DNA from: Podarcis gaigeae
Taxonomy: Eukaryota
Strand: one strand, 5' to 3'
Assembly: GCA_964106915.2 (NCBI GenBank)
Contig: OZ066926.1
DNA: 64,000 nucleotides
Shown here: positions 37,931 through 51,794 of the stretch, piece after piece
Layout: each line of letters begins with the position of its first letter
Position numbering within the stretch: position 1 is the stretch's first letter
Position numbers and translations under genes: made by a program
Notes under the pieces: model-generated
Seen by the model: only the letters and a program-made list of their open reading frames with translations
Told to the model about the DNA's origin: nothing
The model's database searches: none

Positions 37931-40876
37931 TAATAATAATAATAATAATGGCCTCCCCAGCCACTCTCGGCGGCTTCCATAGAAACCAAAAATACAGTAA
38001 AATCACACGTTAAAAACTTCCCTGAACAGGGCTGCCTTAAGATGTCTTCTGAATGTCAGGTAGTTGTTTATTGCTTTGACATCTGCTGGAAGGGCGTTCC
38101 ACAGGGAGGGTGCCACTACCGAGAAGGCCCTCTGCCTGTAGCTTTTTTTTCCTGCATAATTTTTATTGTTTTTTAAATCATAACAAACAAGAAAATAAAA
38201 CAGTTTACACCTTGTTATCGCAGATTTCTTTCTATAAGACTTCCTTCAGCTTCCCCTGAAATCATCCATACCCTAATTTAACAAATTCACACAAATCCTA
38301 GCTTATATTGACATTATTTTCTCTTTCCTTCTTTTTCTCTTTAGACAATATTCCAACCTTTTCACAGAGCTTTTTTAAACCCAACTAGCGTTATCTGACC
38401 TTCACTTATATTTTCCAGATATTCCACAAATTTCCCCCAGTCCTCAATGAACCTTTGGTCTTTTAAATATCTAATTTTCCCCGTCAATCTGTCCATCTCC
38501 GCGTATTCTAGTAGTTTTGCTCTCCATTCCTCAAGCGTTGGTATGTTCTGTTGTTTCCAATTTTGGGCCAATAGGACCCTTGCGGCCGTTGTTGCATATT
38601 GAAAGAATTTACTGTCATTGTTCTTTATATCACTTCCTGCTAGGCCTAACAGAAAAGCCTCCGGCTTTTTCCCAAAGTTATATCTTAATATACTTTTCAT
38701 TTCATTATATACACTTTCCCAAAAGCCTTTGACCTTTCTGCAGTCCCACCACATGTGGAAGAAGGATCCCTCTTTTTCCCTGCATTTCCAGCATTTATTG
38801 CAAGTTTTATATATTTTTGCTAATTTTGCAGGTGTTATATACCAACGGTAAAACATCTTCATGAGGTTCTCTTTTAACGTTATGCAAGCTGTAAATTTAA
38901 GGGTTTTTTTCCAGAGTTTCTCCCATTCTTCATAGTATATATTATGGCCGATGTCCCTTGCCCAATGAATCATCACAGACTTCACTTCCTCATCTATCAA
39001 GTTATACTCTAATAGCATATTATACGTTTTAGAAAGAATTTTGTAATCATTGTTTATTATTTCAGTCTGGAATTTAGATTCTTTATCCGCGTATCCTCTC
39101 TCTTTAACGTCTTGTCTAAACATTTCGTTTATTTGGAAATAGTGTAATCAATCATAGACTTTTTCTTTAACCTGGTCATATGGTTTCAGTTTCCATGTCC
39201 CCCCTACTTTTGTTAACAATTGTTCATAAGTTGTCCAATCACCTCTCATGTTTACTTTTTTCACGCTCATAACTTTAGGTTCTAGTAAAAATCTATTCCT
39301 CTCCCAAACTTCCATTAGAGGGCCTTTAAAAATATGTGTTGCGAAACCCTTGTGCTTCCTCTTCCCCTGCCATAAGTACGCATGCCATCCTGCTCTATTG
39401 TCGAACCCCTCCAGGTCTAATAGTTCCTTATTTTCCAATTTTATCCATGTTTTCACCCAGCAAAGGGACGATGCCTCATAATATAATTTCAGATCTGGCA
39501 GAGCGAATCCCCCTCTTTCTTTAGCTTCTGTTAACAATTTGAACTTAATCCTTGTTTTTTTGCCCTGCCAGACATATTTTGAGATTCCTCTTTGCCACTC
39601 TTTAAATATCTTAGTGCCCTTGATTATCGGTAAGTTCTGGAACAGAAATAACATTCTCGGGAGAACGTTCATCTTAATTAAAGCTATCCTACCCCAGAAT
39701 GACAATCTCAGCTTCCCCCACCTCTCCAAGTCCTTTTTTATCTCTTTCCATACCTGCTCATAGTTATTCTTAAATAGGTCTATATTTTTTGGGGTTATCC
39801 ATATTCCTAGATATTTTACCTTTTTGGCCACTTCTATTTCTGTTTGTTGTTGTAATTCCTTGATTGCCTTCGAATCTAAATTCTTCACCATTATTTTAGT
39901 CTTTCTTTTGTTTAACTTAAAACCAGCCACCTTACCAAATTGTTCCAGTTCTTCCAGTATCTCTTTTATTGAGTTCAGCAGGTCTTCTGTTGTTATTACT
40001 AAATCGTCTGTGAACGCCTTAACTTTATATTCATTTTGACCAATTCTAATCCCTTTTATTTTCTTATTTTGTCTTATTGAGTTCAGAAGTACTTCCAGTA
40101 CTATTATAAATAGCAACGGGGAGAGTGGGCAACCCTGTCTTGTACCCTTCGCTACCGTTATTTCTTCTGACACCACGTGGTTCCCTGTAGCTTTGCTTCT
40201 CGCAATGAGGGAACCGCCAGAAGGCCCTCGGCGCTGGACCTCAGCGTCCGGGCAGAATGATGGGGGTGGAGATGCTCCTTCAGGTATACTGGACTGAGGC
40301 CGTTTAGGGCTTTAAAGGTCAGCACCAACACTTTGAATTGTGCTCGGAAACGTACTGGGAGCCAATGTAGGTCTTTCAAGACCGGTGTTATATGGTCTCG
40401 GCGGCCGGCCCCAGTCACCAGTCTAGCTGCCGCATTCTGGATTAGTTGTAGTTTCTGGGTCACCTTCAAAGGTAGCCCCATGTAGAGTGCATTGCAGTAG
40501 TCCAAGCGGGAGATAACCAGAGCATGCACCACTCTGGCGAGACAGTCCGCAGGCAGATAGGGTCTCAGCTTACGTACCAGATGGAGCTGGTAAACAGCTG
40601 CCCTGGACACAGATTTGACCTGTGCCTCCATGGACAGCTGTGAGTCCAAAATGACTCCCAGGCTGCGCACCTGGTCCTTCAGGGGCACAGTTACCCCATT
40701 CAGGACCAGGGAATCCTCCACACCTGCCCGCCTCCTGTCCTCCCAAAACAGTACTTCTGTCTTGTCAGGATTCAACCTCAATCTGTTAGCCGCCATCCAT
40801 CCTCCAACTGCCTCCAGACACTCACACAGGACCTTCACCGCCTTCACTGGTTCTGATTTAAAAGAGAGGTAGAGCT
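37931..40876 (-). mobile_element. L2-clade LINE (3' part), split by an L1 insertion
   Basis: ORF 40158..40847 with LNPDKTE, SRLDYCN and HITPVLKDLHWLPV; 3' remainder and (ATT)n tail at 37931-38140. Confidence 0.9.
38146..40177 (-). mobile_element. 5'-truncated L1 (RT to C-terminus, 3' UTR, poly-A) nested in L2
   Basis: [14 protein letters not shown] and CCHC region (CWKC..HMWWDC); ORFs 39148..40176 and 38362..39123 are in one frame, split by a single TGA; duplicated cctgtagcttt at both ends. Confidence 0.94.
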
Positions 40877-41306
40877 GATTCTTAGGTAGAGCGATTGCCT
40901 AGTCACTCTTAAGGCAAGCTAAGCCTGGCACAACAGCTTACTCTGTGGTCTTAACCCCATCATGCATTAACTCAGACTGAAGCATGTTGGTTAGATGAGA
41001 CTGGTTCCATGAGACTAGTTGGAAGAGCAGGCTTAAATGTGGGAGGTGGCCTTGGAGATATTCCAGTAAATGGTGAAGACCATGTTTTCGTTTTGACTGG
41101 TTTCAATTGACTTGGAATCAGCTGAGCTATGTCCTGCTTTTGTAGGAGAAAATGGAAATTGCTTGGCTTTTTCTGAGCCAATGGAGACTGAGATTGGGAG
41201 GATTTTCTCCACAAGATGGATCACAGGTCTGCTTGTGTATTTTAGGGACCCCCTTTTTGAAGCCTGCTGAAGGTATCATATAAGGAGGAGAAATAAAGAT
41301 TTCTGC

Positions 41307-42061
41307 TGGGATGGGGGAGACATTCAATTCAGTTCCTGCTTAAAACGGAAAAAATCATGTTTGTTCTTTCTGAATATCAGAAGCAAACAAATAGTGCATA
41401 GTGAAAACAACATTACCACACAGCTTGCAAAAATGCCGACACTGCATAGAAAAATGTGTTTATTGAAGAACTACCGACAAAAGAGGAATGGCAGATAAAA
41501 TTGATGGACTACGCAGAATTGGATAAGATGACAGGGAGAATTCGAAACCAGTGGGACCAGAAATTCTTGAAAGACTGGAGTAAATATGCAAGTTATTTGA
41601 AAGACAATTGTAACCAACTGACTATGCTTGTAGGACTACAAGAGGTTTTGTAAGGAGACCTATATGAAATATGCAGAAAAGATTTATGAGAATGGATTTT
41701 AAGTTATGGGTTATTAAAAGTAATAGGTAGGATAATAAATGCAAGATTAAGAGATGAGGTTGGAAAATCTAATGATTAGACGCGGTTGATGGGAGTCTCA
41801 GGCTAAAACTGCCAAAATGTTGTATAAGATGAGATGAGATGATATGTTCTGTTTGGAAAATATATGTAAAAACTAATAAAAATGTATATTAAAAAAGTAA
41901 AGAAAAATTTGCTTATTGGTAGAAATTGACACAACAATGCTTAAGAATTTTCATGAGGATATTTTTAAATAAAAAAACATGCAGAAATATGGAGAACTGA
42001 ATTTAACATGAACAAAATGAGAATCTGGTAAAATCAAAATTGGCAGGATCTTCCATCCCTA
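41307..42061. mobile_element. Old hAT-like element containing a nested L1 3' end
   Basis: gggatgg.. / ..ccatcccta termini. Confidence 0.5.
41466..41900 (+). mobile_element. L1 3' end
   Basis: EELPTKEEWQIKLMDYAELDKMTGRIR; AATAAA; TSD agaaaaat(g/t)tg(t/c)ttattg. Confidence 0.85.
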
Positions 42062-42076
42062 TTGACTACTAATTCA

Positions 42077-42295
42077 GATAGTACCTCTACTTACGAGCAC
42101 CTCTGGTTATGTATCCTTCGGAATACGCATGCAGCAAACGCGGAAATATTTTTCCAGGTTTCACCATGCATGCATGCGCAGAAGCACCCTACTGCACCAC
42201 ACGCATGTGCAGAAAAGGCACCTCCGGTTGTGAAAACCTCGGGATCCGACTGGAGCTCTGGAATGGATTCCGTCCGCAACCGGAGGTACCATTGT
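42077..42295. mobile_element. Tigger-type MITE
   Basis: tagtacctc.. / ..gaggtaccattg|TA. Confidence 0.65.
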
Positions 42296-43484
42296 ACTTT
42301 TAATTTACATCGTCAATTACATACACAAATGACATGTATATGTTACACCTAATGAGTTCTGATTTCCAAGATTTTGGGCCTAGAACCAATGGGGTGGTGC
42401 AGATTACACACACATTATTTTTATGTTGCATAGTTCCCATTCATTAGTGATATTAATAAATCATGTAGTCCTCCTAGCAACCTGCATCCCATAGAGCAAT
42501 ATGGTGGGCGTACTTTCAGTACGCCCACAATCAGCCCACGTCTTCAGTGCCTGCATGGGCTGGGCTACCGGAGCACCTTCTCTGACCTTCCGATCACAGG
42601 AACACAGGAACACTAACGCAGCATTCCCGAGAAGCAGGTCCTTGTGCTGTGGACTCATCTGCTCATGTGAGCCCCCAAACTCAGCAGAGTAAACAGAAGC
42701 AAAGCTGTGGAGGTATTGCAGCATACCTAATTTATTTCTACCAATTAATCAAATAAAAGAACATAATTATGTATGAGAGGAGCAGCACTCATACAGTCAT
42801 CCTTTCTCTTCGTAAGACAGATCAAAGAAAAACAACAACAGTACCAGAGATGGAAGTCTTGAAGAGTAGCTTCTGCCCCCTCCTTTCTCACAGTATGAAA
42901 GTAAAACAATAGGATCAGGTATCCTTGCAATGGGAGGGATGAAAATACTGATATCTTATAACAATATGCCCATTAAAAATACCACAATTGTTACACATTG
43001 AGTTTTAAGTAAACACTAATCCCTGAAATAGCAAATATTGCCCACAACTATTGACATGACACATCATGAATACCTTCCCATTCTATTATAATGGCAATAG
43101 TGCCTATGTGAAAATGCCAGAACTGAGTTCTCGTGAATTCTGGCTGAAAAAATGTCAACTGAAACTTTACTTACTAGAGAATCACCCAGAAAGGAATGAG
43201 AAGCTAGCTATAAGTAAATAAATATACAAGACTCCCAATAAACGATATTCTTACATTTAATTTCTAATTAATTACACTTTGGTGTTCTAGTTAGGCCTCA
43301 ATATTATGTGGTATCAATGACAAGGTTGGGGACCCCTGTCTCAGAGACTCCAAAGGATTTTTAAAGGATCTGCAGGTAGGAATTGCAACAGATGAAATGC
43401 AACATAATTATATGATAAGAATGAAGAGAGATTATTTTGATTTATATAATGGTACAAAAAAGAAAACAAAGATGATGATATAAT

Positions 43485-45674
43485 TTACAACTTCCTTTTT
43501 ATTAACTGTTCCTTGCTGTTCAGATCAGGCCTTAACAAAATGATGTAGCATTTGGGAGCAAAGATGGAGCCCAGTAAGCCAGCACTGGAGGCCAAGATGG
43601 AGAAGATCTCCACAGCCACCATGTATTTCCCCTTGGTGCTCAGGTAGACTGGAACAAAGGAGATCCAAACACTACAAAACAACAACATGCTGAAGGTGAT
43701 GAATTTGGCCTCATTGAAGTTCTCAGGCAGTTTCCTGGCAAAAAATGCCACATCAAAGCTGACAATTGCCAAAAAGCCCATGTAGCCCAGGACACAGTAA
43801 AACAGGACAACTGACCCTTCATTGCAGCCTAGAATGATTTCTCTCAACATTGAGTGCATGTCAGAATCAGGAAATGGGGGAAAGATTCCTAACCACACAC
43901 TGCAAATAGCTGCTTGGATAAGGGAACAAGAAATCACAATGGAGCTTGCCAGTCTTTTCCCCACCCACTTCCTCATTCTGGATCCTGGTTTGGTGGCCAC
44001 AAAGGCCAGAACCACCGTGATAGTCTTGGCCAGAACACAAGAAACGGTCACTGTGAAAACAAGGCCAAAAGCCATTTGTCGGAGCAGGCAGCTCACTCTT
44101 TCTGGAGGGCTGAGGAAGATCAATGGGCAGAGGAAGCAGAGCAGGAGGAAAGTGAGGAGAGTGTAGGTGAGGTCCCGATTGTTTGCTCTGACAATGGGTG
44201 TGTCCTGATGTTTAATGAAGATGGCAAGGACTAATATTGTGAAGAGAAAGAGAGAAAGAGCAAACAATGTTAAGCTCATCCCCAGAGGCTCTTTAACAGA
44301 CAGGAAGCTGATGGTCTTTGGAATGCATTGCGATTGGTCTCTGTGTGGATAGTGATCTTCGGGGCACCCAACGCAATCTTCCATGTCTGGAAATAACATA
44401 ATGCGTTTAGATTTCAGTTGTTGGGATAGTAACAACATGCTGTGAGTATGGAACACTTAATGTTAAATTAGAGTTATCACAGATATTTCCATAGTAACCA
44501 AACTGAAAGTGATGCCTAAGAACCCTACCTCAACCTTTGTGTTGGATTATGTGGGGTGTCCTGTGATGGCCTGCTAACCTCCCATAAACCACATTGTTAT
44601 CGTCCAGAACAGGTACAGTCCATGACCATTTTACACAGGGGTTCCATTCCCAGCCCCATTACACCCCCACATACTAGGCTGAACGCATTCCACCGCGCCC
44701 GGGTGTATGATCACGTATCATTCATAGACATGTTTATTTGCTATTGCCTGAATTAAAGAAGGTGTCTCATACGAAGTCATATCACTGGTGCATTGAGTTC
44801 AAAATTCCCTGCTATATTTTAACCTGTATCGAAGATTAGATCATGGGTCACAAACCAATTCTTTTTAGGAGATGGTCCATATTCCTTTATGGGGGCTATC
44901 TGTCAATAGGTATGGAGGAGAAAACTGGATTTTATGACACTTGAATGAGAACGCTTTCTACATTGCCCTCCTTGAACCAACACATTGACCAAAGTACAGA
45001 TGCCCTTAAAAATGTGAACTTCTCTAAACATTTGTAATGCAGTTCTCCATTCAAACAATACATTAAAAAATGCACATATCACCATTGATTGATTTATCCT
45101 TCTCCTCAACTTCTAACATGACATAAGGTTGGAAAATTATATATCCTGTGTCTCTTACCCTTCTGGGATGAAATCTTGCCTTGATGACATGGAGCACAAT
45201 CATAGCAGCAGAATGGCTCCCCCTCCTTCTTCTCCTTCCTGGAACCAGGAGGGCAACTTGGGTTACATAGCGAAAGGGGTGAAACCTGCTCATGTAAATA
45301 ATGGGGAAGAGGGTAAGGAAAAACTTTTTCTCCCTCTGTCATAATACTAGAACTCAGAGATAAAAAACGAAGTTAATTTTTGATTGATCGGGGCACCTTT
45401 TCACACAGTATAGCTAAAACTATGAGATAGAATTCTACAAGAGAAAGTGATGGGCATCAACTTGGCTGAATTTAAAAGATGATTGGAAAAACTAATGGAA
45501 GAAAAGCCTATCAGAGGCTACCATCCTTGGTGGAGGGAATGCATTTACTCAATGGTCAGAGGAAGTATGGTACTGAATGCCAGTTGTTGGAAACCACAAA
45601 AGGGGAGAGAGGTCTTATGATTATGTCCTCTTTGTGGGTTTCCTACAAGCATCTGGTTGGCCACTTTCAGAACC

Positions 45675-45713
<39 letters not shown>

Positions 45714-48700
45714 TTATACCATGCCACAGGGCAGTTTACATTATAAAAACATAAAAAGGGAAAGCATGACAAACACAATCAGTAGCATCCCAGTTTGAAA
45801 GACCATAAATAGTTTAGTTCACTAATGGCTTGGAAGAAGAGGAATGTTTTTGCCTGGTGCCTATAGATATGTAGGGAGGTGCCAGGCAAGCCTTCTTGGG
45901 GAGGGCTGATTCTTCTCCGATCTAAGAAGCCCCTTTCCTCATTCTACACTTGGTGACAAAGAATAGCTACCCACAAACCTTCACAGCCCCTACTTCCTTC
46001 TCAACCATCATGCATTTGAACTGCAAGGATCAAACACCTTCTTCTTCCCAAGAGACTCATGAAATTCACTTGGACGAAAAGAGCCCCAGGCCAAAAGCCA
46101 CATGCCATAGCCAGATGCTGGACAAGATTGGCCAAAGGCATTATTCTGCACTAGTTGGGCATTGATCTGAGCCAGCAAGATCATCTTATGTTGAGATTCC
46201 TGTATCCCGGAACACGTAACCTTCGGGATGACTTCCAACTCTAAGATTCTATTATTCTTAAGCAGTGCAGAGGAAAATGTTTAGAATCTGGCTGGAAAGG
46301 CAGGTATGTACTGGACTGATGATATGTAAATAGAATAACATTCTCTTTTCCTGTCTCTCATGGATGTAGGAATTATGCCCCACCTGCTGAAAGCTTCTGT
46401 GCCACACCATTCTGTTGTCATCAAGGGTGAATACCTGGCCTGTGGCAGCCTCCCCACCCACCCTTCCAACCTTGACTCTCATGAAGGAGTTATTTGGGAA
46501 AGTGACCAGGTTGGTGATATCAAAGCCAGCTTCTACTTCCCTGTTCGCACTAAAAGATACTGTTTCCCCAGCAGAGTTGTTGAAGGAGACACTCCTAAGA
46601 AAGGGGTGGAGCTGCAAGGAAAGAAATAGAGTAACTTTGAAGTAATGCAAATGTCTTGTAATACGTACATAAAGGCTTTAATGCTGTAGAATAAGGTGTC
46701 CTGACAGGCTTGGCCTATGTCACTTTCTCTTACCTTGGGAGGAAATGGGCAACAAAGCCATTTGTTCTGCTAACTCTAAATGTGAATTTGGTGTGTGTGG
46801 AGTTCTGACCTGATCCCTACAGCCACATGGATTTAAGAAAAAAACAGAGATACAACTTAGGACACTTTTGGACCATAACCCAAACCAGGGAAATTGCTGG
46901 CATGGCAGTTAAAGAAAAAAGAGAGAACATTTAATAAATAAACTGAAAGCAGAAGCGAAAATAGTAGACAATCCAAAAGATATAAGGAAACAGTTTGTTA
47001 TTACACAGAGCTATATTGAGCTGGTGAGGAACACAGAGAAAAAATAGGTTATTTAAAGCAGAACAATTGACAAAAAATTCCGAAGGAGATCAGTTCTTTG
47101 AATGCACCAGTAACAATGATGGAGATGCAACAGGGAATAGGCCAGGCTAAAGCTGGTAAATCGCCAGGACCTGATGGACTATCAGCTAAGTATTATAAGA
47201 AATTACCGTATTGGCCTGAATATAAGCTCCACCTTTTCCCCAAATTCAGACTGTGAAAAGTTAATGTGTGGCTTATATTTGCGACCTTATGATATGTAGC
47301 CAGGAGTGTTCGGCAAACAGTGCCAGGAGCGTGGCAAAGCAGTGCCTGCCCACGTCTTCTCCCCCAAGGCCGGGAAGGGATAAGGCTGCCAGGAATGCAG
47401 ATCAGCCCCCCCCCCTGCCCCCAGTATGTAGCCAGGGGCAGCGAGGAATGAAGCGGCTTATATTCAGTTATTTTTTCTTTTTCTCTTTTCCCTCCCCTCC
47501 AATCTTAAAGGTACAGCTTATATTTGGGTGCAGCTTATATTCAGGCCAATACAGTACAAGATTTTCTGGCACAACCACTTAAGGATATAATGAATGGAAT
47601 ATTAAATACAGAGAAACTGCCAGAATCTCGGAAAGAGGCATATATTACATTGATTCTGAAATAAGATACAGATTTATTGTCAGTTAAAAATTGCAGGCCA
47701 ATCTCTTTGTGAAATAATGACTACAAACTATTCGCCAATATTTGGCAAATAGAATGAAAAGGATTTCATCCATCAAGATTAAGCCAGCTTTCTTCTTGGT
47801 TGGCAGATGAAGGATAATATGAGAAATATAATTGATTTGATAGAATATCTGGAGGCCAGGAATGATAAGCAAGCAGCATTAATATTTAGAGATGCAAAAA
47901 AATAAGTGCGCCCTATGGGCCAGTGCGCCCTATAGGGTGAAAAATACGGTATATTATACTTGAAAGACCACTGTAAACGCTTGAACTCATTGGCAGATTT
48001 TAAATAACTCTTGCAATGATACATAGGACTTGGATACAACGAAGGGTGATAAATTAGATGGATTTATAATATGCAATTTTAAAAGTTATTTAAAGAACCC
48101 ATGGAGGGGAGGAGGGAAATCTTGAGATTCAGAAGAATCATGTGCAAGTTTTAATATCTGTAATAATACTATGCAAGTGAATGAATTTGTTTAAAAAAAT
48201 AATTGTTTTTTTAAAAGCAAGATGGCCTGATACTTCACTGTGCTAGTACTTAATGAGCAGCTTCTCTGCACAGAAGCAGAGAATGTGGAGTTTGAATTTT
48301 TTCAGGGTACTGTTTTACATATCACTGCCTATGTCTAATAAAGTATATCCCATGATAGGCATTACCTGCCAAGGCTGAAGCTCCTGCATCTCTGCTTCCA
48401 CCACTGCCCTGTATTTGGTCCTGGACAAGAACATGGCATGTAGAGCATGTGCTATGGCATAGACAGCAGTATAGAGACTGTAGCTGTGGCCAGACATGGT
48501 CATCTCAAAAGCAGACGAAGTGAGATTCTCCAGCTTCTCCTCTCCAGTGCAGGTTCCACTGGCCTGCTCCTCTGTACTGGAGTTTGGAAATGAACAGAGA
48601 AATACTTGTGCCCAAATCTGCTTGACAAAGCCATTTCCATTTGCCTCAAAAGGATTTTGTGCCTCAAGAAAGAATTTGAATCCTTGTACCACATTTGAAT

Positions 48701-51700
48701 GAACTGCAAAGGAGAGGGAACCCTGGAAGGCTTGCATATCCCAGTTCATTTGATGGCTCAATGCTGTGAAATCCAGCTGTGCCGTCAGAATCCACACCTT
48801 ACCGACAGATATCTTGGTCACGATTTCCATTTCACCTAGTGCTACCATTGTTCGCAATGTAAGCATGGATTTGGTTCCTCCATAGACAACCACCACCTTG
48901 GCTTTACTTTCCAGAATAGCTTGATAAATTTGGATCAACTGGAAATACATGGCATAGTACGCAGCCAAATGTGTCGTTTTCAGGTTTGTCTCTGAGAAAG
49001 CCAAGCAAATGCCTTTCTGGGAGAGCAGAGGTTTCAGGGTCTGAATAAATCTCTCTCCACTTTCTGCAGCAAGCAACCCAACCCACGTCCAACCAAAGTG
49101 CAGAAGTAATTCAACAATCCCAGTGTACTGATGGGCTTCATTGGGCACCATCTTGTAGAAGGAAGTGAATTGGCTTTGACCAGCATCTTCTGGGGCAAAG
49201 GAGCCATAAGTGAGCTAAAAGGAAATAAAGGAGCATCATCTACAATAGCAGAAGGACTGGGTATGTGCATCCAGGACCTGCCCACCCAGGAGGCAAAATT
49301 AGCCACTTGCCTTAAGAAGGCAGTTTCCAGAAAGCTGGGGAGGTAGCAGATTGCACCCTGTGTTTCTCAGCCTCCACCTCCTTCTCTGCCACCCCTGCAT
49401 GCCAAGTTTCCTGCTTTCCTCTCCTCCCTCCCTCCTTTTCTTTCTCCACTTTTACCTCTATGCCTTCCTATGTTGCTGCTTTCTTCTCCCCTGTTTCTTT
49501 TGCTTTGCTTCATCGCAGCATTTCAGCTCCTGCTCTCATGGTGTCTTCCCTTCCTCTCTCAGATCACTAGGACACAGAATCCCCATCAAGTGCCACAATG
49601 TGTGGGCAGCTGACTCCTGATTGTCAGGCTTCCAGCTTTGCAAGCGAGCAACTTCAGTCTCCAACCAGTAGGCCATGGAGCAAAGGTGAGAGGGTCTCAG
49701 TCAGCAGAATGGAATTTGGATACATGTTTTTAGGTGTGTGTGGAGAAGGAAGTGGGGTGAGATCTCTTCCACCATTCCATTAGCTTCTCTTCATCCATAG
49801 ACACTGACAGTTTGATGCTACGCATTCTATTTAACTGTGCAAAGCACACTGGGAGCAGTTTTGTGAAGGGCAGAATCACTCTCCTTTGTCTCTCACAACT
49901 ATTTCTCTATTATACAAATCCTTTCTGGATAGAAAATATCAAGGTGACTGAGTGTGAAATGCCCAAGGCACTATCTTACCTGGGGAATCTTGTAGGTGCC
50001 CAAGATGTTTGCCAGGTAGACAGAGGTATCCAAGTCCAGTCCCCCAATAACTGCCACCAGGTGTCTGTGGATGTTGCACTTGTAGTTGGGGACAAGTGTG
50101 GAGGGAAGTTTCAGAGCAGCCCAGTAGGTCATCCTTTCATCAAAGTAATTGTCATAGATGTGGAATCCCAATGTAATATTGGGTAAGATCTTGGGGTTCT
50201 CATTGATCTCCTTGACAGCAAATACCAAGGCCAGAATATGCTGGTAGTTCTTTGGCACAATACTGCAACAAGAATTTTATGCTATATCATTGGGGGATAT
50301 CCTATGAACTATTCTTTAAAAATCAGCTTCTGTATGAATCTTCAGTATCTTAGTGCAAATTGTACCCTAATATCTGCATATCTGCAGAAAAATTTCCCCT
50401 CAGGAATGCATTGTATTCCACTTGTATTCCACTTACACTAATATATGTGTTTTTAGGGACACTTTAGGGACCTCCAGATATTCATTTTTGTTTATATTGT
50501 TTAGCTGGAGAACTGCATTGAACAATTCGGAGAAGTGTGAATTTCAAATGATGGCTGTGTTTTATTTCTGATATATTTTTAGAACATCTCCCTTTTTTCT
50601 TTTTTCTTTTTAGTAGTTTCACATTTAAATATGAACTGATTAGAATCCCCCCCCCTTTCCAATAATAAAAGATTGATGTTTACTTTGGGGTCCATCATAT
50701 ACTTGACAACGCTTCTTGAAGATCAAAGAGATATTCTTGCTGACACCAGTATCGAAATATTTTTCTCATACAAACATCACTAAGCCTCCACTCCTGACCA
50801 ATTCACACACAAATTGGTTTAGCAGCTAGGTACAATCTGCCTCTGACTGGCAAACTCATCAGATTATGTTCCTGCCTGCTTGGATCATTTAAGAAATCTG
50901 CTTTTATAATATTCTTCTGGTATGAACTGAGCAGCATTTTAGCTTAATATAGGGCTCATTCAGACTTCCCCTAGTCCTGCCATTTTCCTCCAGGAAAACC
51001 TGATCTTTACTGCTCAATTGGAACTCACACCTTCCGCAGAACTTCTCCCAACTGACAGTTAACTGACATTTATTCACTACCTTCACCTGAATACAGTCTG
51101 AATATATCTGATCCAGGCCCTGTCTATAAATTATAAACACAATTGTCTATCTTGATATAGATGAGAACATCAGGGGCTCTTTGAGTGCAACCTCAAAGGA
51201 GAAGTGAGCCTTTAAGACCCCTCACATGAGACTTTCTGAGGTGAGCATTAAGAACAGAGAAGGGCTTTCCATCTTAAACTAGGGAGGTTTAATCTGTGAG
51301 TTCTCTTGTTAACCTCTACGTCAAAGAGGTTTGGTGGGATGTGGGGAGGAGAGCACACATCAACAAGACCAGGCTCTCTCATCTCTCTGTCACATTCAGA
51401 TCTGCATCTCCCTTCTTCCAAGCCAACTCCTCAGCTTTGTAAATACCCCCCACACACACACACACATCTGCCTGGATGTAAATCCCACTGAAGTCAGTGG
51501 AACTAGGTTCTAAATAGGCCTGGTTAGAGCTGGGTGATATTTCAGTATCAGCTGATTATTTGACATTTGAATTATTTACAAGTTATTAAGAAGTTGATGG
51601 ATAGTTAGCCTCTCTTTGAAGTTTTCTTCATCAAAAGCAGTAAGGAGGTGGGAAGCAAGTCCGCCAACAATAAGATGACCAGATTGGTAGTATTCATGTG

Positions 51701-51794
51701 GAATTCTGGACAGATCATGGACAGTGCAACTCATGGTCTGATTGCACACCAAATGTAGCAGATGAAAGAGAAGGGGCACAATAAACAGTAGCAT
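43485..51794 (-). CDS. V2R gene D, complete, about 867 aa. Exons: 51794-51580, 50262-49980, 49214-48366, 46611-46384, 45285-45159, 44386-43485
   Basis: Exon lengths 215/283/849/228/127/902 = 2604, in frame, GT-AG; carries a private Val>Asp in TM5. Confidence 0.95.
45315..45680 (+). mobile_element. Old CR1 3' fragment abutting the exon 5 acceptor of gene D (homologous copy at about 54780-55140 in gene E)
   Basis: tttttctccctct..cataatactagaactc..tttaaaag..gattagaaaaa..gcatctggttggccact resembles squamate CR1 3' ends; identified by recall, not by alignment. Confidence 0.65.
46905..48215 (+). mobile_element. Degraded L1 fragments in intron 3 of gene D
   Basis: GKSPGPDG at about 47155-47180, RPISL..DYK and DA remnants; 3' UTR similar to 2640-2720. 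Confidence 0.75.
47206..47554. mobile_element. Mariner/Tigger-type MITE nested in L1
   Basis: TA|CCGTATTGGCCTGAATATAAGC ... GCTTATATTCAGGCCAATACAG|TA. Confidence 0.85.

Noticed and set aside
40158-40847. L2 ORF running into L1 ORF as a chimeric protein
   Set aside because: Junction of a nested insertion; different frames and both elements are 5'-truncated.
42470-42528. Helitron 3' end (hairpin plus CTAG)
   Set aside because: The hairpin-to-CTAG spacing of about 26 nt is longer than typical and no 5' TC end or A|T target was identified; kept only as an unexplained segment.
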